From: Paracoccus sp. (in: a-proteobacteria)
GTDB taxonomy: Bacteria; Pseudomonadota; Alphaproteobacteria; Rhodobacterales; Rhodobacteraceae
Length of the DNA stretch: 64,000 nucleotides
Direction of reading: 5' to 3'
Assembly: GCF_030536915.1 (NCBI RefSeq)
Contig: NZ_JAUNPC010000005.1
Coordinates: 1,857-65,856 of the forward strand
Below, one piece after another: positions 39,764-49,478 of this stretch (position 1 is its first letter; the number at the start of each line of letters is the position of its first letter). The notes beneath the pieces were generated by a model. It saw only the letters and a program-made list of their open reading frames with translations. It was not told the origin of the DNA and ran no database searches. Position numbers and translations under genes: made by a program.

Positions 39764-40684
39764 ATGATCAACACCGCCTCTGCCGCGTCAGGCGCCACCG
39801 AAGCGCAGATCGCGCGGCTCGTCGCCGCCATCGATCCGGGCCGCCCGGTCCTGATCGCGGGACCGACCGCATCCGGCAAGTCGGCGCTGGCGCTGCGGAT
39901 CGCGCGGGCGACCGGAGGGGCGGTCGTCAACGCCGATGCGCTCCAGGTCTGGTCCTGCTGGCGGGTGCTGACGGCGCGTCCCTCGATCAAGGATGAAGCC
40001 GCGGCTCCGCACCTGCTTTACGGCCACATCGTGCCGGGGCGCAGCTATTCGGTCGGAGACTGGCTGGCCGAGGTCGCGGCATTGCTGGATCAGGCGCGCC
40101 CGCTGGTGATCGCGGGGGGGACCGGGCTCTATCTGTCGGCGCTGACCTCGGGGCTGGCCGTCATTCCCCCGGTTCCCCCGGCGATTCGGGCCGAGGGTGA
40201 CGCATGGCTGGCCCGCGGCGGGCTGAAGGAGATGGTCGAGGCGCTGGACGCGCGCACCCGCGCGGGCCTGGACCTGCGGAACCCGGCCCGCGTCCAGCGC
40301 GCGTGGGAGGTTCTGAGCGCGACCGGCCGGGGGCTGGCTGAGTGGCAGATGGAAACGCCGCCGCCGCTGATTCCGCCCGAGGGAGCGCAGCGCTTCGTGC
40401 TGCAGATGGACCGCGAGCGGCTTGCCCGGTGCATCGCCGCGCGCTTTGAGGCGATGCTGCAGCAGGGTGCGCTGGACGAGGTGCGGCAGATGCTGCCCCA
40501 TTGGAAGGCGGGCGCACAATGGACCCGCGCGATCGGCGCGGCCGAGCTGAAGGACCACCTGGAAGGACGCGCCACACTGGCCGAGGCCAGAGAGCGCGCG
40601 GTCATCGCGACGCGTCAATATGCGAAAAGCCAGAGGATTTGGTTCCGCAACCGGATGCGCAACTGGACCATCGTTCACGTTTGA
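39764..40684 (+). CDS. miaA: tRNA dimethylallyltransferase
   Basis: [31 protein letters not shown]. Confidence 0.92.
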   Translation: MINTASAASGATEAQIARLVAAIDPGRPVLIAGPTASGKSALALRIARATGGAVVNADALQVWSCWRVLTARPSIKDEAAAPHLLYGHIVPGRSYSVGDWLAEVAALLDQARPLVIAGGTGLYLSALTSGLAVIPPVPPAIRAEGDAWLARGGLKEMVEALDARTRAGLDLRNPARVQRAWEVLSATGRGLAEWQMETPPPLIPPEGAQRFVLQMDRERLARCIAARFEAMLQQGALDEVRQMLPHWKAGAQWTRAIGAAELKDHLEGRATLAEARERAVIATRQYAKSQRIWFRNRMRNWTIVHV

Positions 40685-40694
40685 AGAATTTTCG

Positions 40695-40719
40695 GGAACG
40701 TTGATGGTTTATCAACGTT
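40695..40719 (+). promoter_or_regulatory. GGAAC-N16-CGTT motif coincident with palindrome AACGTTGAT-N5-ATCAACGTT
   Basis: Read directly in the miaA-araC gap; could be an EcfG promoter, an operator, or both. Confidence 0.5.
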
Positions 40720-40761
40720 TTATGTGCGATATTTTCACATGACGAATCTGGGGGCAGGCCG

Positions 40762-41694
40762 ATGTCCGCTGACCCGAATCTATTTAACGACAGCCTTTAT
40801 CCCGCCGGTTGCCCCCTCAATGCGCCGGACGCGTTCACGCCATTGCCGCCGGCGAACTCGCCGCAGCCCGCAGCCCCGATCACGCCCTATGCCGGGCGGC
40901 CGCGTCCGCCCGAAACCGGGCTGCGGCTGCTGCCGCTGGGCAGCTTCGTCTGGGGGGGACCGGCCCGGCCCGATGGCGTCCGCAGCGGGCGGACCCGCGG
41001 GGATCACTGCCTGATGCGCGTCACGGCGGGGGTGATGCGGATCATCCTGCCCAGCGGCGCGGTGGACCACAGCGCCGGAAGCGTGATCTTCCTGCCTGCC
41101 GGCACCGCCTTTGCCGCCGATCCCCAGCCCGGCGTGGCAGGTCAGGCCTTGCTGATGCAGCGCGACATGGGCCGGCGGCTGGCGCTGCCCAACCGCATTC
41201 TGGTCGGCACAGGGGCCAGCGACGCCTTTTCGGCCGATATCGCCGCGCTGGCGATGCGCAGCCACGATCCCATTGCCAGCGCCACCGCCGCCTGCCGGCT
41301 GGAACTGATCGCGGCCACGCTGCACCGCCTGTCCGCCCGGCCGGAACCCGCAGGCCCTGCCCTGCCGGGTCAGGACAGCCATGCGCTGGTCGAGGCCTAT
41401 TGCGAACTCGCGGGCCGAGAGATGGGGCGCGGACGGACCATCGCCGATCTGGCCGAGACGCTGGGCATGACGGCAGGGGGGCTGGACATGGCCTGCCGCC
41501 GGCAGCGGGGCTGCTCGGCGCTGGACCTGATCTACAAGCTCAGGGTCGAACGCGCGGTCGCCCTGCTGCCGGATCGCACCCGCAGCCTTGCCCAGATCGC
41601 CGAGGATCTCGGCTTCACCGGAACCGCGCATCTGAACCGCGTCCTGATGGCATTCACGGGACGACCGGCAGAAGCGTTCCGGGCGCAGGCGTGA
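40762..41694 (+). CDS. AraC family transcriptional regulator
   Basis: Cupin-like N-domain; C-terminal double HTH (IADLAETLG..LAQIAEDLGF..FTGRPAEAFR). Confidence 0.8.
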   Translation: MSADPNLFNDSLYPAGCPLNAPDAFTPLPPANSPQPAAPITPYAGRPRPPETGLRLLPLGSFVWGGPARPDGVRSGRTRGDHCLMRVTAGVMRIILPSGAVDHSAGSVIFLPAGTAFAADPQPGVAGQALLMQRDMGRRLALPNRILVGTGASDAFSADIAALAMRSHDPIASATAACRLELIAATLHRLSARPEPAGPALPGQDSHALVEAYCELAGREMGRGRTIADLAETLGMTAGGLDMACRRQRGCSALDLIYKLRVERAVALLPDRTRSLAQIAEDLGFTGTAHLNRVLMAFTGRPAEAFRAQA

Positions 41695-41983
41695 CGCAAC
41701 GGCGCGCCGGAAAGGGCGGTGGAAGTTCCAAGGCAGGGAGAGGACCGCTGGCGATCAGGGTGGCGGAAGGCAGATGTCTTCAGGAATGGCCCTTCCGTCG
41801 AAAGTGACAAGATCCCTGGCCAGAACGCGCCTGTCACTCAATCCGGTGACATTCCGCACCTCTCGATGCTCGGACAGGCGGGGCCTTTGCAGAGGAATCC
41901 ATTGTCAAATACGGAACTGCCTGCGAAGCCTGCCGGCTTCGGCCATTCCCCGGCTGCCTGCGTGATCGACCGGCACCCTGCCC

Positions 41984-42790
41984 TCAGGCGCCCTCACCCG
42001 AGGCATTCACGGCAGGCTCCTGGCCAATAGATTCCCGGCGTCCGCGGAAGCCCATTGCGACAACGAATTTCTCGGATGAATCCGATCGGCTCGCCGGGGG
42101 CTTCACATTCGCGACCGTGGCGAAGTTCTGCTTGAGGGTCGCCTGCAGCCCCTGCTCGGCCCCGCCCGCCAGCACCTTGGCAACGAAGGTGCCGCCCGGT
42201 TCCAGCACGTCGAAGGCGAACTCGGCGGCGGCCTCGACCAGCGCCACGATCCGCAGGTGGTCCGTGCCCTTGTGCCCCGAGGAAGCCGCCGCCATGTCCG
42301 ACATCACCACGTCCGCACGGCCACCGAGCCAGGCCTTGATCTGATCGTCCGCGCCATCGGACAAGAAGTCGAGTTGATGGATCTCGGCCCCGGCAATGGG
42401 ATCGACCGTCTGCAGGTCCACGCCCAGCACCCGGCCCTGCGGCTTGCCCTTGGCCTCGCCCAGCGCGTTCACCCGGCCGACGGCAACCTGGCACCAGCCG
42501 CCCGGCGCGCAGCCGAGATCCACCACCCGCGCCCCCGGCTTGAGGAAGCCGTATCTGTCGTCCAGCTCGATGATCTTGTAGGCGGCTCGGCCGCGGAAAC
42601 CCTCGCGTTTCGCCCGGGCGACATAGGGGTCGTTCAACTGCCGTTCCAGCCACAGGGTCGAGGAGAGCTTGCGCCCCTTGGCCGTCTTGACCCGCACCCG
42701 CAGGTCGCGCTGGCCGCGCCCCGAAGTGCCCTTGCCCGCCCGGCTGCCCGGCACAGGTCCGCGACCCTTGCCACCCGATCCCGTCGCCAT
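41984..42790 (-). CDS. rlmE: 23S rRNA 2'-O-methyltransferase RlmE
   Basis: [24 protein letters not shown]. Confidence 0.94.
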   Translation of the reverse strand: MATGSGGKGRGPVPGSRAGKGTSGRGQRDLRVRVKTAKGRKLSSTLWLERQLNDPYVARAKREGFRGRAAYKIIELDDRYGFLKPGARVVDLGCAPGGWCQVAVGRVNALGEAKGKPQGRVLGVDLQTVDPIAGAEIHQLDFLSDGADDQIKAWLGGRADVVMSDMAAASSGHKGTDHLRIVALVEAAAEFAFDVLEPGGTFVAKVLAGGAEQGLQATLKQNFATVANVKPPASRSDSSEKFVVAMGFRGRRESIGQEPAVNASGEGA

Positions 42791-43914
42791 CACGCCACCC
42801 CCATCAGACCGTCCGAGGCAAGCACCCCGTCGCGCACCATCTGCGCGTAAAGAAGCCCCTCGCGCAGCCCCCGGTCGGCGACCGACAGGCGGCTGGTCGG
42901 CCAGACCCGCATCAGCGTCTGCAGGATTGCCGCGCCCGACATGATCAGCGCGTGCCGTTCCCGGCCGATGCGGGGATCGGCGCGGCGGCCCTCGGGGCCG
43001 AGCGACAGGTAGTTCTGGATCACCCGGTCGATCTGCGCCGTGGTCATCGTCAGCCCGTCCACCTTGGTCCGGTCGTAACGCTTGAGCCCGAGGTGGCTCG
43101 CCGCCACCGTCGTGACCGTGCCCGAGGTGCCGATCACCTGGAACTTGTCGTCGGCCTTCGATCCGGTCGCATAGGGCGCGAAGCCTTCCAGCATCTGCTC
43201 GAACTGCCAGCTCATCAGGGCGAAACGGGCGGGGTCGTCGTTCACGTCGTCGAACTGGTCGCGCAGGGTTGCCACGCCCAAGGGGACGCTGATCCAGTCC
43301 ACCACCCGCGCCGAACCCGGCGAGCGGTCGTCGAAGCCATCCGCCAGCCGCATGATCGCGCGGGGCCGCTCGGCCGGTTCCACATCGCCGAGGTCGATCC
43401 AGACCAGTTCCGTCGAGCCGCCGCCAATGTCCACCACCAGCAACTGTTCCGTCCGCAGGCTGACCAGCGGCGCGCAGGAGATCACGGCAAGCCGCGCCTC
43501 CTCCTCAGGGGCGATGATTTCCAGCGGCAAGCCGGTCTCGCGCCGGATCAGCCGCAGAAAATCGCGGCTGTTGCGGGCGCGGCGGCAGGCCTCGGTCGCG
43601 ACCAGCCGCATCCGGCGGACGCCGTGTTGGTCGAGCTTGCGCCGGCAGACCTGCAGCGCATGAACCGTCCGGGTCATGGATTGACCCGAAAGACGGCCAG
43701 ATGCCTCAAGGCCGTATCCCAACTGGACCGGCTTCGAGAAGCTGTCGATCACCTGGAACTGACTGCCCGTCGGACGGGCGATCAGCATCCGGCAACTATT
43801 CGTGCCCAGATCGAGGGCCGCGTAAAGCGACCCCTCGTCAGGGTTGCGGGTGACGGCAGGCGTGGCCAGCAGGGCCGGGGACGCGTCCGCACCCGCGGGA
43901 CGCCTGGGCGTCAT
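42790..43914 (-). CDS. Ppx/GppA family phosphatase
   Basis: [30 protein letters not shown]. Confidence 0.9.
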   Translation of the reverse strand: MTPRRPAGADASPALLATPAVTRNPDEGSLYAALDLGTNSCRMLIARPTGSQFQVIDSFSKPVQLGYGLEASGRLSGQSMTRTVHALQVCRRKLDQHGVRRMRLVATEACRRARNSRDFLRLIRRETGLPLEIIAPEEEARLAVISCAPLVSLRTEQLLVVDIGGGSTELVWIDLGDVEPAERPRAIMRLADGFDDRSPGSARVVDWISVPLGVATLRDQFDDVNDDPARFALMSWQFEQMLEGFAPYATGSKADDKFQVIGTSGTVTTVAASHLGLKRYDRTKVDGLTMTTAQIDRVIQNYLSLGPEGRRADPRIGRERHALIMSGAAILQTLMRVWPTSRLSVADRGLREGLLYAQMVRDGVLASDGLMGVA

Positions 43915-44020
43915 CTGCAACGCCCTCCGAAATCGTGTTGCATCAAAGGTAATCGCCGCGTCGAGGCTGTTCAACCCTGCTGGCTCGGCCGAAGCTGAAA
44001 TCCCGAACGCCGCGCAACAG

Positions 44021-44046
44021 AAAAGGGCCCGCGAGGGGGCCCTTTC
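44021..44046 (-). terminator. Putative intrinsic terminator after Hint-domain gene
   Basis: AAAGGGCCC/GGGCCCTTT stem with T run on minus strand. Confidence 0.65.
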
Positions 44047-44069
44047 CATTCAACGCACATTGCTGCGTG

Positions 44070-45239
44070 TCACTGCAGCGGGACGCCGGCGTGCCCGGCG
44101 GCCAGATCGCGGCCCTGCCGCCCGTTCAGGAACATCCGCGCGCCGGGTGCGGTCCGTTCCGCCAGTTCGGGGAACAGCGCGAGGATCTCGGCCCGCGCGC
44201 CCTCGCCCACCGCGCGCAGCGCCTGTTCGCCGGTATACAGCGATTCGGACTGCGCGCCCTCGGCATAGACGACCTCGTGGCGATCGAAGAGCAGATGGAC
44301 ATAGGTGATCTCGGTGACATCCTCGGCCACCTCGACCCCGTCCAGCGCCAGCAGGTGCCTGGCCGCGACCAGCACCTCGCCCGTGCCGAACAGCTTCTGC
44401 GCAATGGCCGAGCGGACCATCATCCGGTGCTGCGGCGAGACCAGCAGGTCGCGCTTGGGCAGCCGGTCGCCCAGCGCGCCCTTGCGGATGCGGATCGGCC
44501 GCAGCCGCGGCATGGCCGCGAGATCCACGGCATCCAGCGTCCGGTTGCCGATCCAGCGGATCGGCTGCAGCCCGTTGTCGGCCGTCTCGACCAGATCGCC
44601 GACCGACAGCTTTTCGACCGGGCGCTGGCCCTTGGCCGTGGCCAGCCGCACCCCGGCGGTGAAGCAGGGGACGGGATGGAGATTGTCGGGCGGGCAGTAG
44701 TTGTAGTCGCCGTCCTTGTCCGGGATCGCCTTGCCCAGTTCGATCGAGGCGATGGGCTTTGCATTGATCGCCTCGACCCCCTTGCCGTTTTCCGGCGGGA
44801 CAAGGAAGGTGCGGCCCAGGTCGTCCTGGATCACGGTGACCAATGCGTCGGCGCAGGTGCCATCCGTATAGGTGATGACCGCCTTGTATTGCGAAACGCC
44901 GTCGAACCTGAAGCTGTCGACCTGCTTGACGATGTCCGTCCCCCGCTGCGGCACATCGACCGCGGGCGAAGTGCTGAAGGTGTCGTAAAGGCCCAGGAAG
45001 TTGTTGCCTTCCAGCTTGCCGTCCCCGTTCCAGTCACGGGTGACGGTGATGTCGACGATGTTGCCCGCAAGCGGGTCGTCGCCAGAGCCGAAGGTCGTGC
45101 CGCTCAGGCAGCCGGCGGATTCAGCGCCGGGGATGAGCTCCCATTGGTCGATATACTGGTCCTTGTGAACATCGCCGAGGTAGATGGCTTTGAACGTCGT
45201 ATCGCAGCCGCCCGGCGCGGGGCAGGAACAGAAGGTCAT
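44070..45239 (-). CDS. Hint-domain (bacterial intein-like) protein
   Basis: PCFTAGVRLAT, VGDLVET, VSPQHR, YVHLLFDRHEVVYAEGAQSES. Confidence 0.88.
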   Translation of the reverse strand: MTFCSCPAPGGCDTTFKAIYLGDVHKDQYIDQWELIPGAESAGCLSGTTFGSGDDPLAGNIVDITVTRDWNGDGKLEGNNFLGLYDTFSTSPAVDVPQRGTDIVKQVDSFRFDGVSQYKAVITYTDGTCADALVTVIQDDLGRTFLVPPENGKGVEAINAKPIASIELGKAIPDKDGDYNYCPPDNLHPVPCFTAGVRLATAKGQRPVEKLSVGDLVETADNGLQPIRWIGNRTLDAVDLAAMPRLRPIRIRKGALGDRLPKRDLLVSPQHRMMVRSAIAQKLFGTGEVLVAARHLLALDGVEVAEDVTEITYVHLLFDRHEVVYAEGAQSESLYTGEQALRAVGEGARAEILALFPELAERTAPGARMFLNGRQGRDLAAGHAGVPLQ

Positions 45240-45544
45240 GCTGGTAACTCCGACAACCGGAAAACTGGTAAACACAGGGCCAGACAGGCTTGGCTCGGTT
45301 ATGCCTCAAGCCTGCGGCAAACAGAACAATAATGTTGTATAAATTGACGCATGTTCAGGTAGTTAGCATGCACCTATTACACCCGTGAGGAGAGAAATTC
45401 CGACGACTGGTCAACTTTCTTTCGCCCAGATTGCACCAATGAAACCATGACCATTCACGGTTGCGCCCCGGCGGGTTGTCACCCCGTCTTGATTCGCCTA
45501 CAGCACCCGCTGATCGTCTTTCCTTTGCACGCCGGGGGCGGCTC

Positions 45545-45715
45545 ATGATCGTCATCATCGCCATCGTCCTCGGCGCGCTTCTGGGCGACCTGCGCGCCCG
45601 GCAGGCGCGGGGGAACGTCAAGGACCGGCTGCAATATGCCGCGGCCCATGCGCTGGCCTTCGCCATCCTCGGACTGTTCGCGACGATCTTCATCGACCGC
45701 GCCATGAGGGGCTGA
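45545..45715 (+). CDS. Small 2-TM hypothetical protein
   Basis: 56 aa MIVIIAIVLG..GNVKDRLQYAA; directly upstream of VWA gene. Confidence 0.6.
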   Translation: MIVIIAIVLGALLGDLRARQARGNVKDRLQYAAAHALAFAILGLFATIFIDRAMRG

Positions 45716-45720
45716 GGGCC

Positions 45721-46902
45721 ATGTTCCGCCCCTTCCTCGACGCGCTGCGCCGCCACGGGGTTCCGGTTTCCCTGCGGGAATGGCTGGACCTGATGGCGGC
45801 GATGCAGGCGGGCGTTGCGGGCTGGTCGGTGGACGATTTCTACACCGTCGGCCGCGCGATCCTGGTCAAGGATGAACGCCATATCGACCGCTATGACCGC
45901 GCCTTTGCGGAAAGCTTCGCCGGACTGGAAACCGTTCCCGTCGAGGCGCTGGTCAGCGAGGCCGCCCTGCCCCGTGAATGGCTGGAAAAGCTGGCCGAGA
46001 AGCTGCTGACCCCCGAGGAAAAGGCCGCCGTCGAGGGCGCGGGCAGCTTCGAGGCGCTGATGGAAAAGCTGCGCGAGCGTCTGGCCGAGCAGAAGGGCCG
46101 CCACCAGGGCGGCAACAAGTGGATCGGGACGGCGGGCACCTCGCCCTTCGGAGCTTACGGCTACAACCCCGAGGGCGTGCGGATCGGACAGGACGAAAGC
46201 CGCCACCGCCGCGCCGTCAAGGTCTGGGACAAGCGCGAGTTCCGCGATTTCGACGACACGGTGGAACTGGGCACCCGCAACATCAAGGTGGCACTGAAGC
46301 GCCTGCGGCAGTGGGCACGGCACGGTGCGGCCGAGGAACTGGACCTGCCCGGCACCATCCGGGCCACCGCCGAACACGGCTATATCGACGTCCAGACCCG
46401 GCCCGAACGCCGCAACGCCGTCAAGGTGCTGCTGCTTCTGGATGTCGGCGGCAGCATGGACGACCATATCCGCGTCATGGACGAACTGTTCTCGGCCGCC
46501 CGGGCCGAGTTCCGGAACCTCGAACATTTCTACTTTCACAACTGCCTTTACGAATCCGTCTGGCGCGACAACCGCCGCCGCTGGGACCAGACCATCCCGA
46601 CTTGGGACCTGCTGCACCGCTATGGCCGCGACTGGAAGGTGATCGTAGTGGGCGACGCCTCGATGTCGCCCTACGAGATCGTGGCGCCCGGCGGGGCCAA
46701 CGAGCATTGGAACCCCGAACCGGGCGAGCTGTGGCTGCGCCGGCTCTGCGAGACATGGCCGGATCACGTCTGGCTGAACCCGGTCCCCGAACGCCACTGG
46801 GGCCATACCCAGTCCATCGGCATGATCGCCCGCATCTTCGAGAACCGGATGATGCCGCTGACGCTGGAAGGGCTGACACGGGCGATGCGCGTTCTCGGCT
46901 AG
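45721..46902 (+). CDS. CoxE-like VWA domain protein
   Basis: MIDAS DVGGSM, GGNKWIGT, YFHN, GDASM, WLNP. Confidence 0.88.
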   Translation: MFRPFLDALRRHGVPVSLREWLDLMAAMQAGVAGWSVDDFYTVGRAILVKDERHIDRYDRAFAESFAGLETVPVEALVSEAALPREWLEKLAEKLLTPEEKAAVEGAGSFEALMEKLRERLAEQKGRHQGGNKWIGTAGTSPFGAYGYNPEGVRIGQDESRHRRAVKVWDKREFRDFDDTVELGTRNIKVALKRLRQWARHGAAEELDLPGTIRATAEHGYIDVQTRPERRNAVKVLLLLDVGGSMDDHIRVMDELFSAARAEFRNLEHFYFHNCLYESVWRDNRRRWDQTIPTWDLLHRYGRDWKVIVVGDASMSPYEIVAPGGANEHWNPEPGELWLRRLCETWPDHVWLNPVPERHWGHTQSIGMIARIFENRMMPLTLEGLTRAMRVLG

Positions 46903-46941
46903 GCCGTTGATCGTCCCCCCTGCAGCGCCCAGATTGGCGGC

Positions 46942-47628
46942 ATGAGGCTGCTGCCGATCCTGCTCATCATCCTTTACGCCATCGCCATGTGGCTGCTGTC
47001 CGCCTGGCGCCTGCGCCAGCAGTTGACCCAGAACTCGACCCCGCTGGACGACCCGCGCCTTGCGGCGGCGCTGGACCGGCTGGGCCGCGCCATGGGGATC
47101 GGGCGGGTCAAGGCGCATGTCTACGAGATCAAGCCGGTCAACGGCCTTGCCGCGCCGGACGGGCGGGTGTTCCTGACCCGCGGCTTCCTCGACCAGCTCG
47201 ACGCCGGGCGGGTGACGGAAGCCGAGCTTGCCTCGGTCATCGCGCATGAGCTGGGCCATGTCACCCACGGCCATGCGCGGCGGCGGATGATGGATTTCGC
47301 CGGGCAGAACCTCGTCCGCATGGTGCTGGCGACCACTTTCGGCCGCTTCATCCCCTTCATCGGTCCCTGGATCGCCCATCTGGCTGCCTCGGCCCTGGCG
47401 GCAAGCCTTTCGCGCAAGGATGAATACGAGGCCGACGCCTTTGCCGCCGCGCTGATGGTCAAGGCGGGATTCGGCACCGGCCCGCAAAAGACGCTGCTGG
47501 CGCGGCTGGACCGGCTGACCGGCATGACCGGGCGACCGGTCGCCTGGCTGGCGTCTCACCCGCCGATCCCGCGCCGGATCGAGGCGATCGAGGCGCTGGA
47601 ACGCCGCTGGAACCTGCCGGCGGCCTGA
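46942..47628 (+). CDS. M48 family metallopeptidase
   Basis: HELGH, EYEAD, SHP; N-terminal TM. Confidence 0.88.
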   Translation: MRLLPILLIILYAIAMWLLSAWRLRQQLTQNSTPLDDPRLAAALDRLGRAMGIGRVKAHVYEIKPVNGLAAPDGRVFLTRGFLDQLDAGRVTEAELASVIAHELGHVTHGHARRRMMDFAGQNLVRMVLATTFGRFIPFIGPWIAHLAASALAASLSRKDEYEADAFAAALMVKAGFGTGPQKTLLARLDRLTGMTGRPVAWLASHPPIPRRIEAIEALERRWNLPAA

Positions 47629-47657
47629 CCCTTGCCGCGCCCGCCCTTCGGGGCCAC

Positions 47658-48059
47658 ATGGGGCCCATGACCATCCCGCCGCGCTTTGACGTCAGCCCCG
47701 AACAGATCGCCCGCGTCGTCCGGACCTTCTACGCCGGCATCCGCCGGCACGAGGTGCTGGGCCCCGTCTTCGCCCGCCATGTCACCGACTGGCCCGCGCA
47801 TGAGGACAGGATCGCCGCCTTCTGGCGCAATGCGATCCTCTATGACCGGGGTTATGACGGCAATCCGATGCAGGTCCACCGGGACGCGGGCGACGTGCGC
47901 CCCGCGCATTTCGACGACTGGCTGATGCTGTTCGACGCGACGCTGCTGCGGGTGCTGCCGCGGGACACGGCGCGGGCGTGGTCCGCGCTGGCGCACCGCA
48001 TCGGCGCGGGGCTGCGAATGGGTCTGCGCCAGCCCGAAGGGGTGCCGATCCTGCGCTAG
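47658..48059 (+). CDS. Group III truncated hemoglobin
   Basis: VRTFY, LGPVF, WPAH, FW, YDGNPMQVH, HFDDWL. Confidence 0.85.
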   Translation: MGPMTIPPRFDVSPEQIARVVRTFYAGIRRHEVLGPVFARHVTDWPAHEDRIAAFWRNAILYDRGYDGNPMQVHRDAGDVRPAHFDDWLMLFDATLLRVLPRDTARAWSALAHRIGAGLRMGLRQPEGVPILR

Positions 48060-49417
48060 CGCCGCCCGATCCGCAACCGGATGCCGTCCCGCCCGCGCAC
48101 CGTCAGCCGTGCGACCGGCACCGGGTCCACCGCGCCACGCTCCAGCCGCAGATCGCGGCAGATCGCCGCCAGCATCAGCGGCCCCTCGATCATGGCAAAG
48201 CCCGCGCCGGGACAGACACGCTGCCCGGTGCTGAAGGGGATATAGGCCGAGCGCGCGCAGGTCCGGCCGTTCGCGGTATCCCACCGCGCGGGGTCGAAAT
48301 CGTCCGGGTTGTCCCAAAGCCGCTGATGCCGGTGCAGGTGCCAGGGCGACAGCACAACCTGCGTGCCCCGCGGCAAGTCGCGGTCGCGGAAGCACTCGGG
48401 CTGCACCGTTTCCCGCACCATCATCGGCACCGGAGGGTAAAGCCGCATCGTTTCGCGGAACACCGCGCGGGCGACCTTCAGGCGTGACACCGCCGAAAGG
48501 TCCGGCGTTCCCCTATCCAGCACCTCCCGCGCCTCGGCGGCCACCCGGTCCTGCCACTCGGGTGTGGCGGCCAGCAGCCACAGCGCCCAGCCAAGCGCGC
48601 TGGCCGAGGTCTCGTGCCCGGCCAGGAAGAAGATCGCCACCTGATCCACCATCTCGGCGGGGGTGAAGCCCTGCCCCGTTTCCGGGTCGGGCGTCGTCAT
48701 GATCTTCGTCGCAAGGTCGTCGGGCGCGGTGCCCGCTGCGATCTCGGCCGCCCGGCGCGCGACCATCCCGGCGATGAGGCCCCGGATCGTGGCCGCCGTC
48801 CGCCGGGTGCGCCTCCCGTGCCAGCGCGGCACCCAAGGGGGCAGCGGCACCAGCGCCGCGAGATTCACGATCGGCTGGGCGTCCTGGTGGGCACGGAAGG
48901 CGGCGAAGACCCGCGCCGCCGTCTCGTCCTCGATGGGAACGGAAAACAGGGTGCAGAAGATCACGTCGGCGGCGGCATGGCCGGTTTCCGGCTCGATGTC
49001 GATCTCGGCGCCCGCGCGGGCCTCAAGCCGCCGCGTCGCCGCCAGCGCGGCATCCCACATCGCCGGCAGCGTCTCGCCCAGCCGCCCGCCCTGGAAGGCC
49101 GGGTCGATGATGCGGCGCTGGCGTTCCCACAAGGCGCCGTTCGTCACGAAGACCGACTGCCCCAGCAACGGCGCCAGTCCCTCGCGCAGCCGGTCCGACT
49201 TGGGGAAATCAAGCGGCCGGGCCTGCAGCACCAGCCGGACCAGCGCCGGGTCGTTGCAGACGACACTGCGCAGCAGCGGGCTGCGGAAATCCGCCATCCA
49301 TGCCCGGTAAAGCCGCGCCGGCAGCGCCGACAACAGGTCGCGGCGAAAGCGGAGCGCGTAACGCAGCACGCCGCCCCGCCTCTCGGTGCTGCCGGGCTTG
49401 GGGGCGATCACCGCCAT
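48056..49417 (-). CDS. Cytochrome P450
   Basis: AGHETS I-helix, ETMR, PARW, FSTGQRVCPG heme motif; GGAGG RBS. Confidence 0.93.
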   Translation of the reverse strand: MAVIAPKPGSTERRGGVLRYALRFRRDLLSALPARLYRAWMADFRSPLLRSVVCNDPALVRLVLQARPLDFPKSDRLREGLAPLLGQSVFVTNGALWERQRRIIDPAFQGGRLGETLPAMWDAALAATRRLEARAGAEIDIEPETGHAAADVIFCTLFSVPIEDETAARVFAAFRAHQDAQPIVNLAALVPLPPWVPRWHGRRTRRTAATIRGLIAGMVARRAAEIAAGTAPDDLATKIMTTPDPETGQGFTPAEMVDQVAIFFLAGHETSASALGWALWLLAATPEWQDRVAAEAREVLDRGTPDLSAVSRLKVARAVFRETMRLYPPVPMMVRETVQPECFRDRDLPRGTQVVLSPWHLHRHQRLWDNPDDFDPARWDTANGRTCARSAYIPFSTGQRVCPGAGFAMIEGPLMLAAICRDLRLERGAVDPVPVARLTVRGRDGIRLRIGRR

Positions 49418-49436
49418 CCCTCCTGCCTGCAGGAGA

Positions 49437-49465
49437 CTTCTTTCTGGAAAAATACCCCACGGGGG
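49437..49465 (+). repeat. Partial copy R5 of dispersed repeat
   Basis: CTTCTTTCTGGAAAAATACCCCACGGGGG between the hydrolase and P450 genes. Confidence 0.6.
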
Positions 49466-49478
49466 CGCCGCGCCGCAA

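Noticed and set aside
40701-40715. FNR box
   Set aside because: TTGAT and ATCAA are separated by 5 nt, not the 4 nt FNR-family proteins require; kept only as an unassigned palindrome.
44070-45239. Hint domain as a mobile intein or polymorphic toxin
   Set aside because: No homing endonuclease, no conserved host extein, no terminal His-Asn, no C-terminal toxin domain or immunity gene.
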